A stretch of 64,000 bases of DNA from positions 1,798,001 through 1,862,000 of the forward strand of contig MU058636.1 of assembly GCA_013265495.1 (NCBI GenBank). Reading direction: 5' to 3'. Made by a program: the position numbers and the translations under genes. This document shows positions 12,721-25,724 of this stretch, in pieces. How positions within the stretch are numbered: the first letter of the stretch is position 1; every line of letters begins with the position of its first letter. The DNA is from Vicugna vicugna (taxonomy: Eukaryota). The notes beneath the pieces were generated by a model, which saw nothing but the letters and a program-made list of their open reading frames with translations, was not told the origin of the DNA and made no database searches.

Positions 12721-15700
12721 AAAGGCTCCTATTCTTTTGCGATTTATTTTTTCCTGTAGGTTTAACGGTTACTCCAAGAAGTTCTCACCTTAAGAGCTAA
12801 ATTCATACCACCCAAGAACAACATCTGAGAGTTGGTTGGTGGTGATTTCAGGTCCTGCTTATTGCTTTTAACGGATTTGGCATCTGTAATTCGCTTGCAA
12901 CTTTCGATCTGGACTGGCGCCTGAGTGCATCCAGCAACGTTTATTAGGCTCTTACTCTGTGCCGGGCACCCCTGGAAACCGTACAGTGCTTGCCCTGGAA
13001 GCTTTCAGTTTTTAAAAAGCCGATCACCTCGTCTCCTGATGGTCGTCACAGTCATGGGGATTGGATTGATTACGGGTGAATTTATCAGAGTATATAGGAG
13101 TCATTTAGGGTCCCCAAATTTCTCCTTTTAGAACAGCAAAGGCTGTTTTGATTTCCCAAATCATTTTTGGCCCCTGTAGTCTAGCGCTGTCACCTTCTCC
13201 ATATCCTCTGCTTCAACTAATTCAGTTCAAAGCATTAAAGTTTGAATGAAATCTAAGAATTGCACTGCCCTTTCAAGTGCGTGAAACCTGCCTGTTTTTC
13301 CATTCCCAATCTCTCTCCCCCCACCCCTTCTCTTTCTCTCTAGATCGGTGTGTCTGTGTAGGTGTGGGTGTGTCTTAGGGTGGGCTTCTCTATCTTCATG
13401 CCTCTGTGTTTTCCTGTTGGCCAGTGTGCATTTGTGTGCGTGTGTTTAAGGTGTGTTTTACGTGGGTTGCCGTGGTGACAGTCAAATGTGTATGCAGGGA
13501 CGAGGGACATCTTCATATATACTCACAGCCATCTCCCAAGTGCCTGATGACATTGCTGCTGATGAAAACTGTCCACTCAGGTAACTGTCTCAATTCCTTG
13601 TGTTGATACAATGTTTGAAGGCAGGAAACCCTATCTTTAGAAGAACACGAGTTGGAATTTTGGTAGAAGCTGGCTAATTGCTGAAGGATTGCATGATTAC
13701 ATAAGGAATTAAAATTGTTTTTCTTTTGAAGAAAAAGTGTTCACAGCTGAGGTCTTTCATACGTCAGCAGCATTACCTGGAAACCTCCTGAAAATCAAGT
13801 ACTTAGAAGGGTCCGAAGAGGGATGTTCTGGGTTGACACTAAATCAAATTATATTCATGCCCATTCTGACAAGCTGGATGGAGCAGCAGTAAACCTGATA
13901 GGAAACTGAGACAGGGCAGCAGGAAGCAGAAAGGCTCCTCTGCAAAAGAACTAGGAGTGATGTAGCCTCTCAGCTGGCAGCCAGCCTTCAGGAAATCGCT
14001 CCACGTGGACAGCTGGAGCCAGGAGAAATGATCTGCGGGTGACTCCCAGTAGGAAGAAGAGGTACCAATAGCTGTCTTAAGAGTGAAAGTGACTGCTCAT
14101 CTTTCGGACTACCTAGTGATAACCTGCCAAAGCCAGGTGCCCATATTAAAGTATGCTGTATTTATAGATCATGAGATAGAATGGTAATACAATTTTATTC
14201 CTTTTTTATTAAAGTTATTTTTCTCTATTATGGAAATGCTGTGGCTGTTGAAAGCATAGACAGCTCCAACCTCAAGTGATATTTTGTAATTCACTTTCAA
14301 GTTGAATTGCTTAGAGTCTTTCCCTAAACATGGAGCATACAGACACGTTGAATATGTGTCAGATCACCAGCATGCAGTCAGCATTCTTGTCTGCATTACA
14401 GAATACACTGAACTCTCACATCTGGTCATAATTACACATATAAAAATTGTAACAGTATTTTTGCTGGGAGCTATTTATATTACTTGAATACATTCTATTA
14501 TTTCCCCAAATTCTCAATAAGTCTTATTTCCAAGGGAATGAGAGTTTGAAAAATCTTTTCTTCTAACTATACATGCTCTAAAAAATTCAGATGTTTCACA
14601 CGTCTAGATGCCTCTGGAAATACTGCCAGTTTGAAACTGATATATTACATGGAATTATTTCTGCTTTGGTAGTTCTAAAAACACAATAAAATAGCCTCCA
14701 AGATTTAAGAACATTGAAAATACTGTATGATTGAATTTATTGCCATAAATAAATGCATGCTTTATTTCAGCTTAACATTGAAAGGCTAATTTTCTAGCCC
14801 AGAAATGCAATACAGCAGATTATTTCTCCCCTGGATGAGCAGGTCTTTCACAGACACACAAACACACAGACTTTGTAAAGCACAAGCCAACTCTCATGCC
14901 ACCTGTTTTCCTCGTTCCGCATCCACTAGTTACTGCTCTTCCGGACTAGGGCAAGTAATTTAATCGCTTTGGGCCTGTCTGCACACCTGTGAATTACCGA
15001 CAGTGCCACCTCTTGTGATTGCGTGATGGTTAAATAAAATAACGTACGTAAAGAGTACGTGCATGGGTGTGTGGGGTGGTTCCTCCAGAAACTGCGATCT
15101 TTCTCATCCCCCTAGAGCAGGGACAGCACTTGGCTCAGTGGGCTTCAAGCGTGACAACAGTGATACAAAACAGGTGTGTGTGTGTGTGTGTGTGTTTTTC
15201 CCCCAGGGCCGTAGGTCCTCCCTCCCTCTGATGGGGGTAGCTAGGTCTTGTCTGGGTCTTCACAAGAGAGTGTCTGGGCTGAAAAGTCACCTTGGTGCTG
15301 ACCAGGCAGGAGCAAAAAAACCACCAACTCTGTAAAACCAAGAGGCAAAAGCCAGTCCCACTAAAGTTACACTTCAAACAGCATTGATGTTTCAACTAGC
15401 TTTAGATGTAAGACACACATGTTTCGAGTAGCTTAAGAATCATCTGATGACCAGCAATAGAAAGTCTCTTTACACAGTTGACTTTTTTTAGGGGTCTTTG
15501 GCTCCCAAGAATAGGTGATTGTCCCAGGACCCCCTTAGTAAGTCACTCCCTTAGAAGTTACTGTGGGGCTAGGCCTGGCTGTGACTGCTACAAACCGCAA
15601 ACAGCAGTGGCTGAAGAGTGAAGTTAACTTCCTTCCTACACAGAAGTCTGGAGGGAGGGGGCTCAGGATTGGACTATTGTTCCAGAGTCATCTGGGGCCC

Positions 15701-15831
15701 AGGTTACTTTGCCTTCCCTTTCTGCCGCCTCTAACTTGTGCCCCTCATTTCACAGGCCCATAGGGCACTCCTCTATGACACCCACTTTCTAAGCAACAGG
15801 AGAGAAGAAACAAGGAAAAAGTGTAGGACCT

Positions 15832-16415
15832 TGTGATAAGGGTGGAATTTTAGTCCCTGTGAGATGTCCACATTGTCATCCCTTGAACCTGTGGGTATGT
15901 TCCATTACAGAACAAAAGGGACTTGGCAGATATAGCTAGGTTAGGGACCTTAATTTAATCTCGGATTATCTGGTGGACCCAATCTAATCATACAAGCCCT
16001 TAAAAGCAGACTATGTTCACCAGCTGGAATCCAGGAGATGCAGCAGAGGGAAGAGTCAGAGGGATTCAGTGTGTGAGAGGATCCCATGTGCCACTGCTGG
16101 CTCTGGGATGCAGGTCCCATGTGCCAGGACTGGGGAGAGGCCTCCAGGAGCCAAGAGATGCCCCCACATGACAATCAGCCAAGAACGAGGACCTCGGTCC
16201 TATAACCACAGGCCCTGGATTCTGCCAGCAGCCTGAGTTCTGCCCAGACCCTCCCTAGTAGAGCCCAGCTGGCCAGCAAGTTGATTTTGACCTTGTGAAA
16301 CCTGGAGCAGAGAAACCTGCTGAGACAAAGGGGACCCCTGGCCTACAGAATCTGGGAGATAACACATTTGTGTTGTTCGGTGCTGCTGTCACTGCAGCAA
16401 TAGAAAATGAAAACA
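15832..16415 (+). mobile_element. MaLR solo LTR (MLT1D-like)
   Basis: TG...CA ends and MLT1 hallmarks: AAAAGGGACTTGGCAGAT, GGATTATCTGGTGGACCCAATCTAATCA, GCAGCAATAGAAAATGAAAACA. Confidence 0.75.
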
Positions 16416-16926
16416 GTCCCCTTTACTTGAGTGGCACTTGGAGGATGCTGACACTTCATTAACAGGCTTAGGTGCATGACAACACCCAGCAGCACAGCAG
16501 GCCGGACGGCGCAGTCTTCATTCTGGGTGGCTGTTTTTCTAAGTAAAAATAGGAGGGGCAACATCGAAGGAGGAAGGGTAGAACGGATACTGGGGACAGC
16601 TAACAGCCCCCCCCCACTGCTACCAAGAGTCTGTGTTTAAAAAATTATACTCATAATTTGGCATCTTCTGCAAAAGTCATAGATGAAAACAATAGTCATT
16701 ATCATACATAGCCCGGGCTACGCATGGAGCCCACGTCCTGGGATTTAGTGCTGGAGGGAAGCTTGTTTGGACAAACTTGCCTGTTTGTTTTTATCAGACA
16801 CCTGTTTGCCTTGTATGTCAGAGAGTTCAAAATTAAAATCAGTCTTCAGTTAGAGCTCACCTGTGTCTCTTATCCAGGCAAAGCATATTGAGGAAGGCTG
16901 AGATTTTTAGTCAGAAAAACTGGCTT

Positions 16927-17891
16927 TCACCCAATTAAAAAATGGGCAGAAAACCTAAATAGATATTTCTCCAAAGAAGACATATGGATGGCCAATAGGC
17001 ACATGAGAAGATGTGTTAATTGTTAGAGAAGTGGAAATCAAAACTATAATGAGATTATCACCTCACACTGGTCAGAATGGCCATCATTAAGTCTACAAGT
17101 AATAAATGCTGGAGAGGGTGAGGAAGAAAGGGAATGTTCCTACACTATTGGTGGGAATGTAAATTGGTGAACAGTTTGGAGGTTCCTTAAAAAACTAAAA
17201 ATAGACTTACCATATGATCCCACTCCTGGGCATATATCTGCAGAAAACTCTAATTCAAAAAGGTACATACACTCCCGTGTTCATAGCAGCTCTATTTACA
17301 AAAGCCAAGACACAGAAGCAACTTAAATGTCCATTGACAGATAAATGGATAAAGAAGATGTTTTATATATAACATGTAATATACATATAGAATAGAATAT
17401 TACTCAGCCAGAAAAAGAATGAAATAATGCCATTTGCTGCAACGTGGTTGGACCTAGAGATTATCATAAGTAAGTCAGACAAAGAAAAACAAATATCATA
17501 TGATATCACTTATATGTGGAATCCAAAAAAATGATACAATTGAACTTATTTACAAAACAGAAAGACTCACAGAGATAGAAAACAAACTTATGGTACCAAA
17601 AGGGAAAGAGGGGGAGGGATAAATTAGGAGTTTGGGATTAACACATACACACTACTATACATAAAATAAATAAGATCCTATATATAAAATAGATAAGCAA
17701 GATAGAGCACAGGGAACTATATTCAATATTTTGTAATAAACCTTAATGGAAAAGAATCTGGAAAAAGATATAAGCGTGTGTGTGTGTGTATATGTATGAC
17801 TGTATATATAGCTGAATCACATTACTGTAAACCAGAAACTAACACAACATTGTAAATCAACTATAGTTCAATTGAAAAAAATTTTTAAAGG
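16927..17891 (+). mobile_element. 5'-truncated LINE-1 (end of ORF2 + 3' UTR) with target-site duplication
   Basis: Classic L1 3' sequence (AAAAATGGGCAGAA..., CACTATTGGTGGGAATGTAAATTGGT, TCAACTATA) and A-rich tail. TSD AGAAAAACTGGCTT (16913-16926) / AGAAAAATTGGCTT (17892-17905). Confidence 0.92.
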
Positions 17892-18117
17892 AGAAAAATT
17901 GGCTTCCAGTTCTGCGTTCACCATCCATCACTCTTCTGAACTGCATAGCAAATGACTTGGTCTCTTTAAGCCTGTCTTCTCATTGGTAAATTGTGGGAAA
18001 TATCCACCTCGCAGGATTGCTGCGTACAACAAGGTACTTCAAAAGTACCTTTGGTATGAAATGGGCCCTGAACATTATATGTCTTTATAAAACATTGTAT
18101 CTCCCCATCCTCTAAAT

Positions 18118-18353
18118 CAGTGTTTTTCGAAGAGGAGGTTGCAGCCCATTAACCACTGATGAAGTCAGTTTAGTGGGTTGTTACCAGAATTTTAAAAAAT
18201 AAAATAAAATAGCAAATATCAGAGTGCATTATGCATAGCGAGGTTAAGGATTGGTTCATGAAGCTTTTTCAGTTATATATGTATATGCCTAATAAGTCAT
18301 AACATAAATATGTATTTCTACTTTAATTGCCGTACAAAGTTTGGAAAACACTG
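18118..18353. mobile_element. Non-autonomous hAT-Charlie-like DNA transposon
   Basis: Terminal inverted repeats CAGTGTTTT...AAAACACTG and degenerate 8-bp TSD CTCTAAAT / TTTTAAAT. Confidence 0.7.
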
Positions 18354-18987
18354 TTTTAAATGTTGTTTGATCCTTATTTTAAGCCTTTTTTCTATGTGAC
18401 AAATTTTCAATAAAATGTTTATTTCAGAATAGTTTTAAGCATTTTTGTTTTAAATGTCCTCTTTAGGGTGTGCCTGGAGTAGAAACCAACTCAAATTCTC
18501 TTTGGAGGGAGAAAGTTGGGCTAAAAAATGAAAGAGAAAGGGGAGGAGTGCGGTGGGGAGAGCTCATGTCGTCATGCGTATCCCAGTCCTCTGTGTCACA
18601 CCACAAATCAGAGGTGATAGGGTCCGTTCACTCTGCCTTCCAGGACCACCTCAGATCTGTTTCCTCCTCCTCTGCTTCCCCACTGCTAGATTTTTTCTTA
18701 CCCTCTTCCTTCCTCACAGGCTCCACTGCCATAGTCTAACTGGTCTCACTGCCTCCAGGACCCCCTTCCTCAGACCAACTCCTCACTGTCCTTCAGCCAG
18801 AAGGATCCTTCTAACATACGAATGTGGTCGTGCCTCTCCATTGCCCAAAGCTGTTCAGTAGCCTCCACCGCCTGAAGGTCAAGTCCAAATCCCCCAGCCC
18901 AGACCCTCCAGCCCCTCCATCCTCTGAGCCCATGCATATCCGTGCAGGTCCTGAAACCCGCTGTGCTGCCTCTAAACAATGTTCTTT

Positions 18988-19140
18988 TTCTTTTTTTTTG
19001 TTAATTTAAAAATTTTTTAAGATAAGGAGAGATCAGGTTTGTTTGTTTGTTTGTTTTTTAATGGAGGTGCTGGGGATTGACAAAACGACCTTGTGCATAC
19101 TAAGCACGTGCTCCACCACTGAGTTATACTCTCCTCCCTA
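18988..19140 (-). mobile_element. tRNA-Ala-derived SINE (camelid vic-1-like)
   Basis: Reverse complement reads ...TAACTCAGTGGTGGAGCACGTGCTTAGTATGCACAAGG...TCAATCCCCAGCACCTCCATTAAAA plus A-rich tail. TSD CTAAACAATGTTCTTT (18972-18987) / CTAAACAGTGTTCTTT (19141-19156). Confidence 0.85.
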
Positions 19141-20562
19141 CTAAACAGTGTTCTTTGGCCTGACCCGAAGGGCCACCAGCTGACACTTCCTGTGTTTGCC
19201 TGCCCTCCCTTTGTCTCCCACCCTTCCTTACATTGAGATTTACTGAGGAATAGCTATGCTGGGCTCTGGACAAGGCCCTAGTTCCTCCATCAGGTCTACC
19301 AGCTGCTCGACCACTGGGTGCTCTCCATGGACCTTCCCTGACTTCTAGAGTGCCCCTCTATGGTAGCTGGTTCCTGAGACGGCCCCCAGGGAATCACGCC
19401 TCTCCGTCTCCACATCTTGGCATCGTCCCTGCCCACTACACCTGGGCTGGGCCTGTGACTCACCTTGACCGGAAATCTGCAGCATCACGGATGCTGTGCC
19501 GGTTCTGGGCCTAAAACTTAGAGGGGCCTGATAAGTGTGCTTTGGGGAGCCACCTTGCTGGCGAGACTACATGAAGAGGAGAGGCCCTGGGAGATCCGGG
19601 GAGAGAGGGAGGCCCTGCATCCCAGTGTCAGTGGAGCCCCTGGAAGCCCCAGCCACCCTGACTGCAATTCCACGAGAAGAGCAGGAGAACCACCCAGCCA
19701 AGCCCAGCCAACCCACAAAACTGCGAGGGACACAAAGGCCTAAGTTTGGGGGTGTTGGCTGTGCAGTAATAAACCCCTGGAACACCCCTCCACCAGGCCT
19801 GTGCTTACTGCTCCCTGCTGCCACAGCACCTTCTGCATTCGCACCCTTACATTCCTAATCACTTTGCATTGTCTTTCTCCCCTAATAGATAGTTTCTTAA
19901 GGGCAATCCTATTTATTTCTTTTATCTGAGAAGATTCAGTATGAAAAAAGAAACCGCATGAGATATTCCAAGCAAAAGGTGATTCAGCATTTACCAAGTC
20001 GTTGCCAGGCAAGCCGCCACTAGACGTTTGGCTGCAGGGTCATCTGACCATGGTGGTAATACCGAGCTCTGCAAAGGGCTGCCCCACGCCCAAGGAGACG
20101 ATGGCTGAACAGCGGAATGTGGAATGTGGCCCCGGGAATACCCACATCTGCCAGAAACAGTCAGCTGCAGCTCTCACAGGAAGAATGACTTCTGCCTTCC
20201 TCCTGTCTTCCAGATATCACATCAGTGCATCTCACCGGCAGGACTTTAACTGCACCCCAGAGTCTTGCTACTAAGACTTCTGGGAATTGTAGATGTCAGC
20301 CTTCCAGCTAATGCCAAACAGGGGAGACGCTGGATGAGGTTAGAAATGGATGATGAGGGCCAATGGACAACACGTGTGCGTTTCCAGCCCGTGACCCAAT
20401 GCCCTGTAAGTAGTAAGTCTTCAGGACAGGCTTGTTGAATGGATGGATGAATATACAAGTTAACTAGCTTATCAATCAGTCACTCTAGCCTACAATTATA
20501 GGTCTGTTAGGGACTTTTTCCTCACTGGATGCTGTGAAGGAAAAGGTGACTGTATGGTAAAA

Positions 20563-20595
<33 letters not shown>

Positions 20596-20600
20596 TATAT
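20563..20600. repeat. Compound (TA)n(CA)n microsatellite
   Basis: Directly visible. Confidence 0.9.
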
Positions 20601-21464
20601 AAATATCCCCAAAATGCAAAATCTGAGGGTGGAGCTGAGTCATGGCATGGGTGGACCTCGGGGTGGGGTGAATTTTATAAGGCTCTCACTGCTGTTTGTT
20701 TGTGGAGTCTGTATCCCTGTCTTGTTATGAAAGTAAACAGGCAAATACAGAATCCATTTCAGGTGTTAACTTTTCAACCTGTCTTGAAAATGTAACCAAG
20801 TTCTCCTGGAAATAAGGAGATTGCTTTTCCAAAGCCAGCCTTGGATCTGATTCCGGAAACACAAAGCATGTTTAAAGAAAATAAATCAGCCACAGAGGCT
20901 CGATTCCTGAAAGCAGTCACGACTAAGGCCCACATTGACAGGTAAACTCCATGGCTTCACCTTGAACTTTATTTAACCTTGGAGGTTAAATAAATCATTT
21001 CACACGTACTATGTACTTATCCAAGCTGTCACGACAGTGCCCCATAGCTGTTGATTCCCCAGGGATGAGGACCAGAGACCAGAAATAGAAACTCAAGACT
21101 TCAGGTTTCTTTACTTAGTTTAGCCATTAACGAGTCCAGGCAGATTAAGAGCTCGTTTTCAACAATGTTATTTTCACCATTTGTAAAATGCAGTTATTAG
21201 ATGGGTCACCAAACAAATATTGGGCGAATCCCCACCAATTCCATTATCCTCATCCACCGCAGACTGAATATCTGAGAGGGTCAGTGTGACCACACTGCTC
21301 CTGTACACTTACAAAACAACCCCCCACGTGAGTAGTTTAGCCATTCATAAAGATTCTTTTTAAAGAAAGTAACTGATCTTAGTAGGTTTTGTGGAATTTT
21401 TTGTTATTTATTGACATTACTATTGTTGAGATCTTGTTGGGTTTTTTTTAAGAGTTCCTTCATA

Positions 21465-21617
21465 GGGGGAGCAGATAGTTGAGTGGTAGAGTGTGTGCTC
21501 AGCATGCACAGTCGTGGGTTCAATCCCCAGTACCTCCATTAAAAACAAATAAATAAAAACCTAATTACCTCCCCCCAAAAGTTTTTTTAATAAAAATATG
21601 AAATTATAAAAAAAAAG
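21465..21617 (+). mobile_element. tRNA-Ala-derived SINE (camelid vic-1-like)
   Basis: GGGGGAG...AGTGGTAGAG (A box)...GGGTTCAATCCCCAGTACCTCCA (B box), then TAAAAACAAATAAATAAAAACCTAATTACCTCCCC. Confidence 0.85.
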
Positions 21618-22380
21618 TTGATTTACTTTTTTTTAAAAGGCTAAACGAACCTATAACCGAATATTAATTAGTAGTTAATTCTGGCGACTGGAACTCGGTA
21701 TTGGCTTACACTTTATGTTCTGCATAGTTTATATTTTTGACAATAGTAATGTCAATTTTAGCGTTAATAATACTATATTTAATGTTGTTGACGATTAACT
21801 ATGAGTAGAGGGATTGCAGATGGTTTTTAAATTTTTTTCTCATTTGAGCCTTAATTTATGTGGAGAAGAAAGGGGAGTGATTTACAGAATATTGACTAAA
21901 TCGTTGCTTCTCCTATAGAAAGTACAACAAATGTATCGAGTTACAGCTGGGTCTGCTCTCAGATGTCCTAAACCCCTCTTCACCTCATTCATCATTGGCT
22001 GACCTGTGAGCTTGAACAATCAGAAAAAGGGCAGGGGTCAAACTGCACAGCACTTGGGAAGCTGTCAGACTCAGGATGCCCTCATATGGGACAGGTCAAG
22101 GTCAGACTGCCTGGGGCGCGAAGGGGACAGCTCGGGGCTGTGAGAGTGAAGGGGCAGGAAGACACAGACTCACCTGATTCCCGGACTGTGGGGTGAGTCA
22201 CCTTTATGATAGGACTTCATGTGGTGTGATTCTTCACTAGGTTTTCTGTTTGATTTTTTTTGTTTGTTTTTATTCAATAAACTTGGATGAACTGCTTATT
22301 ATTTACCAGACCCTGTGCCAATTACTGGGAATAGAAAGAGACAAAATATAGGATCCCTGCTCTCAAAAACTCATCATCTG

Positions 22381-22618
22381 TCACGTATAGTTAATAATGC
22401 TGTATTGTATATTTGAAAGATGCTAAGAGAGTAGATCTTAAAAGTCTCATTGCAAGAAAAAGATTGTGACCATGTGTCGTGAGGGATGTTAACTGCACTT
22501 ACCGCAGTGATCATTTTGCAATGTATGCAAGCATCAAATCATTATGTTGTACACCTGAGACTAACATAAAGTCACATGTCACTTACATCTCAACTATAAA
22601 AAAAGCAAAAAGAAAAAG
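22381..22618 (+). mobile_element. Old LINE-1 3' end (L1MA-like)
   Basis: TATAGTTAATAATGCTGTATTGTATATTTGAAAG...GCTAAGAGAGTAGATCTTAA...TGTACACCTG, with A-rich tail. Confidence 0.75.
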
Positions 22619-22865
22619 TCCATCATCAAAAGCAAGAATCAGACATTATAATACAGTGCAATACGTGCTTTAATACAGCTTTATGCAAAATGTTCAAGGA
22701 ATACAGAGGAAGGAGACACTGAACCGGGGGATTCAAGGGAACCTAGCAGAGTTTGAAGGAGGCAAGCTGGAGAGAGGGGGCCGAGAGAGGATGTTCTGTG
22801 CAGAGGACACTATGGACAAACCTGGAGGCCAGAAAGGGCGCAGAGAAAAGGCACACAAGTAGCTC

Positions 22866-23287
22866 CTATATTCGTTTTGCAAGTATTGCTGCCATTGAAT
22901 TACTACAAACTGAGTGGCTTTCAATGGCACAGATGTATTCTCTTACAGTTCTAGAGGTCAGAGGCCAAAGTGTTGGCAGGGCTGCAATTCGTGGGAGGCT
23001 TCAGGAGAGTCTGTTCCCTGGTGTCTCCAGCTGCTGGCCGCCTCCACTACTGCCCCTTCCTCCCACCGCTCCAAGTCTTGCTTCCATCACATCTGTTTTC
23101 CTATCCCCAGCTCTTATCAGAACCCCTGAGATGGCACTGGGCCTACCCGGATAATCCAAAGTGATCTTCACCATCTCAAGATCCTTAACGTAATCCTATC
23201 TGCACAATCCCTTTGGCCCTGCAAGGCCACAGTCACAGGTTCCAGGACGGGCTGGCGATGGCAGGGGGCCAGGGCTCAGCCTGCCGC
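22866..23287 (-). mobile_element. MaLR solo LTR (MLT1B/C-like)
   Basis: TACTACAAACTGAGTGGCTT, TCTCTTACAGTTCTAGAGGTCAGA and GGGCCTACCCGGATAATCCA...CATCTCAAGATCCTTAAC are reverse-strand MLT1 motifs. Confidence 0.7.
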
Positions 23288-23369
23288 TTTCCCCCGAGGC
23301 TTTACCCGGGTTCTCCTGCCTGGACAGCTCTTCTCCCTCAGGTCTGCGTGAGTGGCTCCTTCCCAGTTG

Positions 23370-23865
23370 CTGTATAAACTTGGGCCATTAGCTTCACTTC
23401 TCGTATTTTGGTCCCTTCATCTGGAAAATGGGGATAATAAGAGATCCAGCCTCGTCCATCTTTGTGACGCTAAAATGAGTTAGTGTATGGAAAATGCTCA
23501 GAGCAGAGCTGGATATAATAAGTTTCCAGAAGAACTAGACTTCTATTGTTATTGTCACCATCACTGCTTTTATCACCGAGGTCTCTATTCCAGCATCACT
23601 TTCTCAGGACCATCTTTCCTGGCCACCCTACCTAAAGCAGTCCCTCCAGTGACCCTCTACATATCTCTTTGGTTCTTTCTTTCTTTTGTTCATAGTAATG
23701 ATCACAAGCACATGAACTTGCCTGTGACGTGTATTTATTTATTTACTGCTTTTCCTCTGCCTCCCCCACTAGAATGTGAGACCTAGGTTTCATGCATCAC
23801 AGATTCCCCCACACCTGACACTCAACACATAGTGAGCCTGCAGTAAACATCTGTGAATGAACAGA
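23370..23865. mobile_element. MIR followed by L2 3'-end fragment
   Basis: CATCTGGAAAATGGGGATAATAA (MIR core), then CCCCACTAGAATGTGAG...CAGTAAACATCTGTGAATGAA (L2 tail). Confidence 0.6.
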
Positions 23866-23874
23866 TCAAACTCC

Positions 23875-24145
23875 CTAGCCCTACATTATCCAATAGAGTA
23901 GCCACTGACCGCACATGGCTACTGAACACTTGAAATCTGGCTAATCCAAACTGAGATTTGCTGGACATGCAAAATGCACATCAAAGTTAGAAGACTTTGG
24001 GTGAAAACAAAGAGTGTTAAATATCTCATTAATGATTTTCATATTGTTTGCATGTTAAAATGACAATAATTTAGAGATATTGGGTTACATAAAACATATT
24101 AACATCAATTCCAGCTGTTCCTTTTTACTTCTTAATTTAAAATAT
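23875..24145. mobile_element. hAT-Charlie DNA transposon (MER33/MER3-like)
   Basis: GTAGCCACTGACCGCACATGGCTACTGAACACTTGAAATCTGGCTA is the MER3/MER33 signature. Confidence 0.7.
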
Positions 24146-25724
24146 TTAAATTTTTAAAAAGTTAAATTGCATATCTGAAAAATTTAGAACACTCTTACTA
24201 GTGGTTGGCGGGAAGGGCTTCACTTTCAATAACTTATATTCCTGATGGTTTGTATTTTTCACAATCACTGTCACATTTGGACTAAAAAAGACATAATTTT
24301 TAAATAAAGTAATAGAAATTTGCAGAAGTTCCCTAAATTTTTTCATTATGAATGTCAATGTTCAAGTCCTAAAACTGAAGAGTCTACTCCTGGGGGCTGC
24401 CAGGCGTGGACCTCACACCTCTCACATCAACTGTGACGAAGGTCCACCATCCAAGACAGCCCACTGCATCTCCCTCCTTTTGACCTATGATTCTGGGATG
24501 TACTAAGCCAAACAAGTGCCCAGGGAACTATAGACAGAGTTTCCATGTTTCTTTTCCATGTACTTCCTTTTTCCCACTTGACTTTCCTCCAGTAGGCTTA
24601 TCAGCACTGTAAGACACAACAGAGTCCTGTGCTTGACAGCTGCTCAGTAAACAGGGAAAGATTCACCGAAGGAACGAAGGCCTGAAGGAATTCAATGCAG
24701 CCAGCATCTCCCTTCTTCCCATCCTGTCATGCTTCTGACTGGTTTTTCATTGTTAGGTTACAATTTCCCAATGGATTCACTTCTTTCTTTTGCCTCCCCT
24801 GATGCCAATAGCTTCTGTGGATTTCTTTATACTTTTCATTTTATTTATCACTTTTACTCTCTGATCCTCTTTAACACGGTTCCTGGTGAAATTTCAGGAG
24901 CCTGCTTGGATTTTCTTTCAGTTAAGAGTTACAGTCATGTTCTCAAAATAACTCTTCATATGTGAAGCACACTTCCATTTACCATTCAGCTCAGAAAGGG
25001 GGACTATACGTATTATTATGAATATATATATACACTATGATGATATAACCAACAAATCAGAATGTAGACTTCCCCATGGGAACAAACAAACCTGTTTTCT
25101 TCAACAACTAAACTGTAAGATTAAAAAAACAAAGAGATTGAGGCTCTGAGGTCTCTCTACCATAGATTAATAAAGCCGTAAGAGACATATTAACCAATAA
25201 TAATTTGTGAACCATTTTTGTACCCCATTAAAAAAACAAAATTATAAAATAAAACACTTACAAGACATTTGTGTCATTTATGACACGATTGTTACTTTGA
25301 ACACAGACCATTGCTGCATAACAGCCTCATGGGGGCACAAGGTAGAGAAAGAAGGGCATCTCTCACTGCTCGTCCCTGTCCCAGCTGCTGACCCACAGAA
25401 CCCATAAACATAGTGAACTAGTTGGCGTCTGAGGTGGTTGGCTACACAGTAGTAGATTATAGGAACAGAATGTGCTACCTGGAAATAGCTTACTGCCATT
25501 AAAATGCCTCAAGTGTGGAATTTGTTTGGGGACTGGCTGGAGAGGAAAAGCTGATGGTGAAGGATTGAATAGAATGAGGAAAACGTTACTGGACGGTAAG
25601 GAAAGGAGATCTGTGTTATGTGTTGGCAGAATGTTGGTCAACACGGTCACCGGTGGTAACATGGAAAATAGGAAATGTACTTAATATACTCAGTAATCCG
25701 ACGGAGGAGATTTCTGGACCTGGG

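Noticed and set aside
11075..12800. Many overlapping 90-185 aa ORFs in CpG islands (also 30.0-31.2, 34.5-35.7, 40.3-41.1 and 48.4-49.1 kb)
   Set aside because: Stop-codon scarcity in GC-rich DNA. Arg/Pro/Gly/Ala low-complexity in all frames with no recognisable domain.
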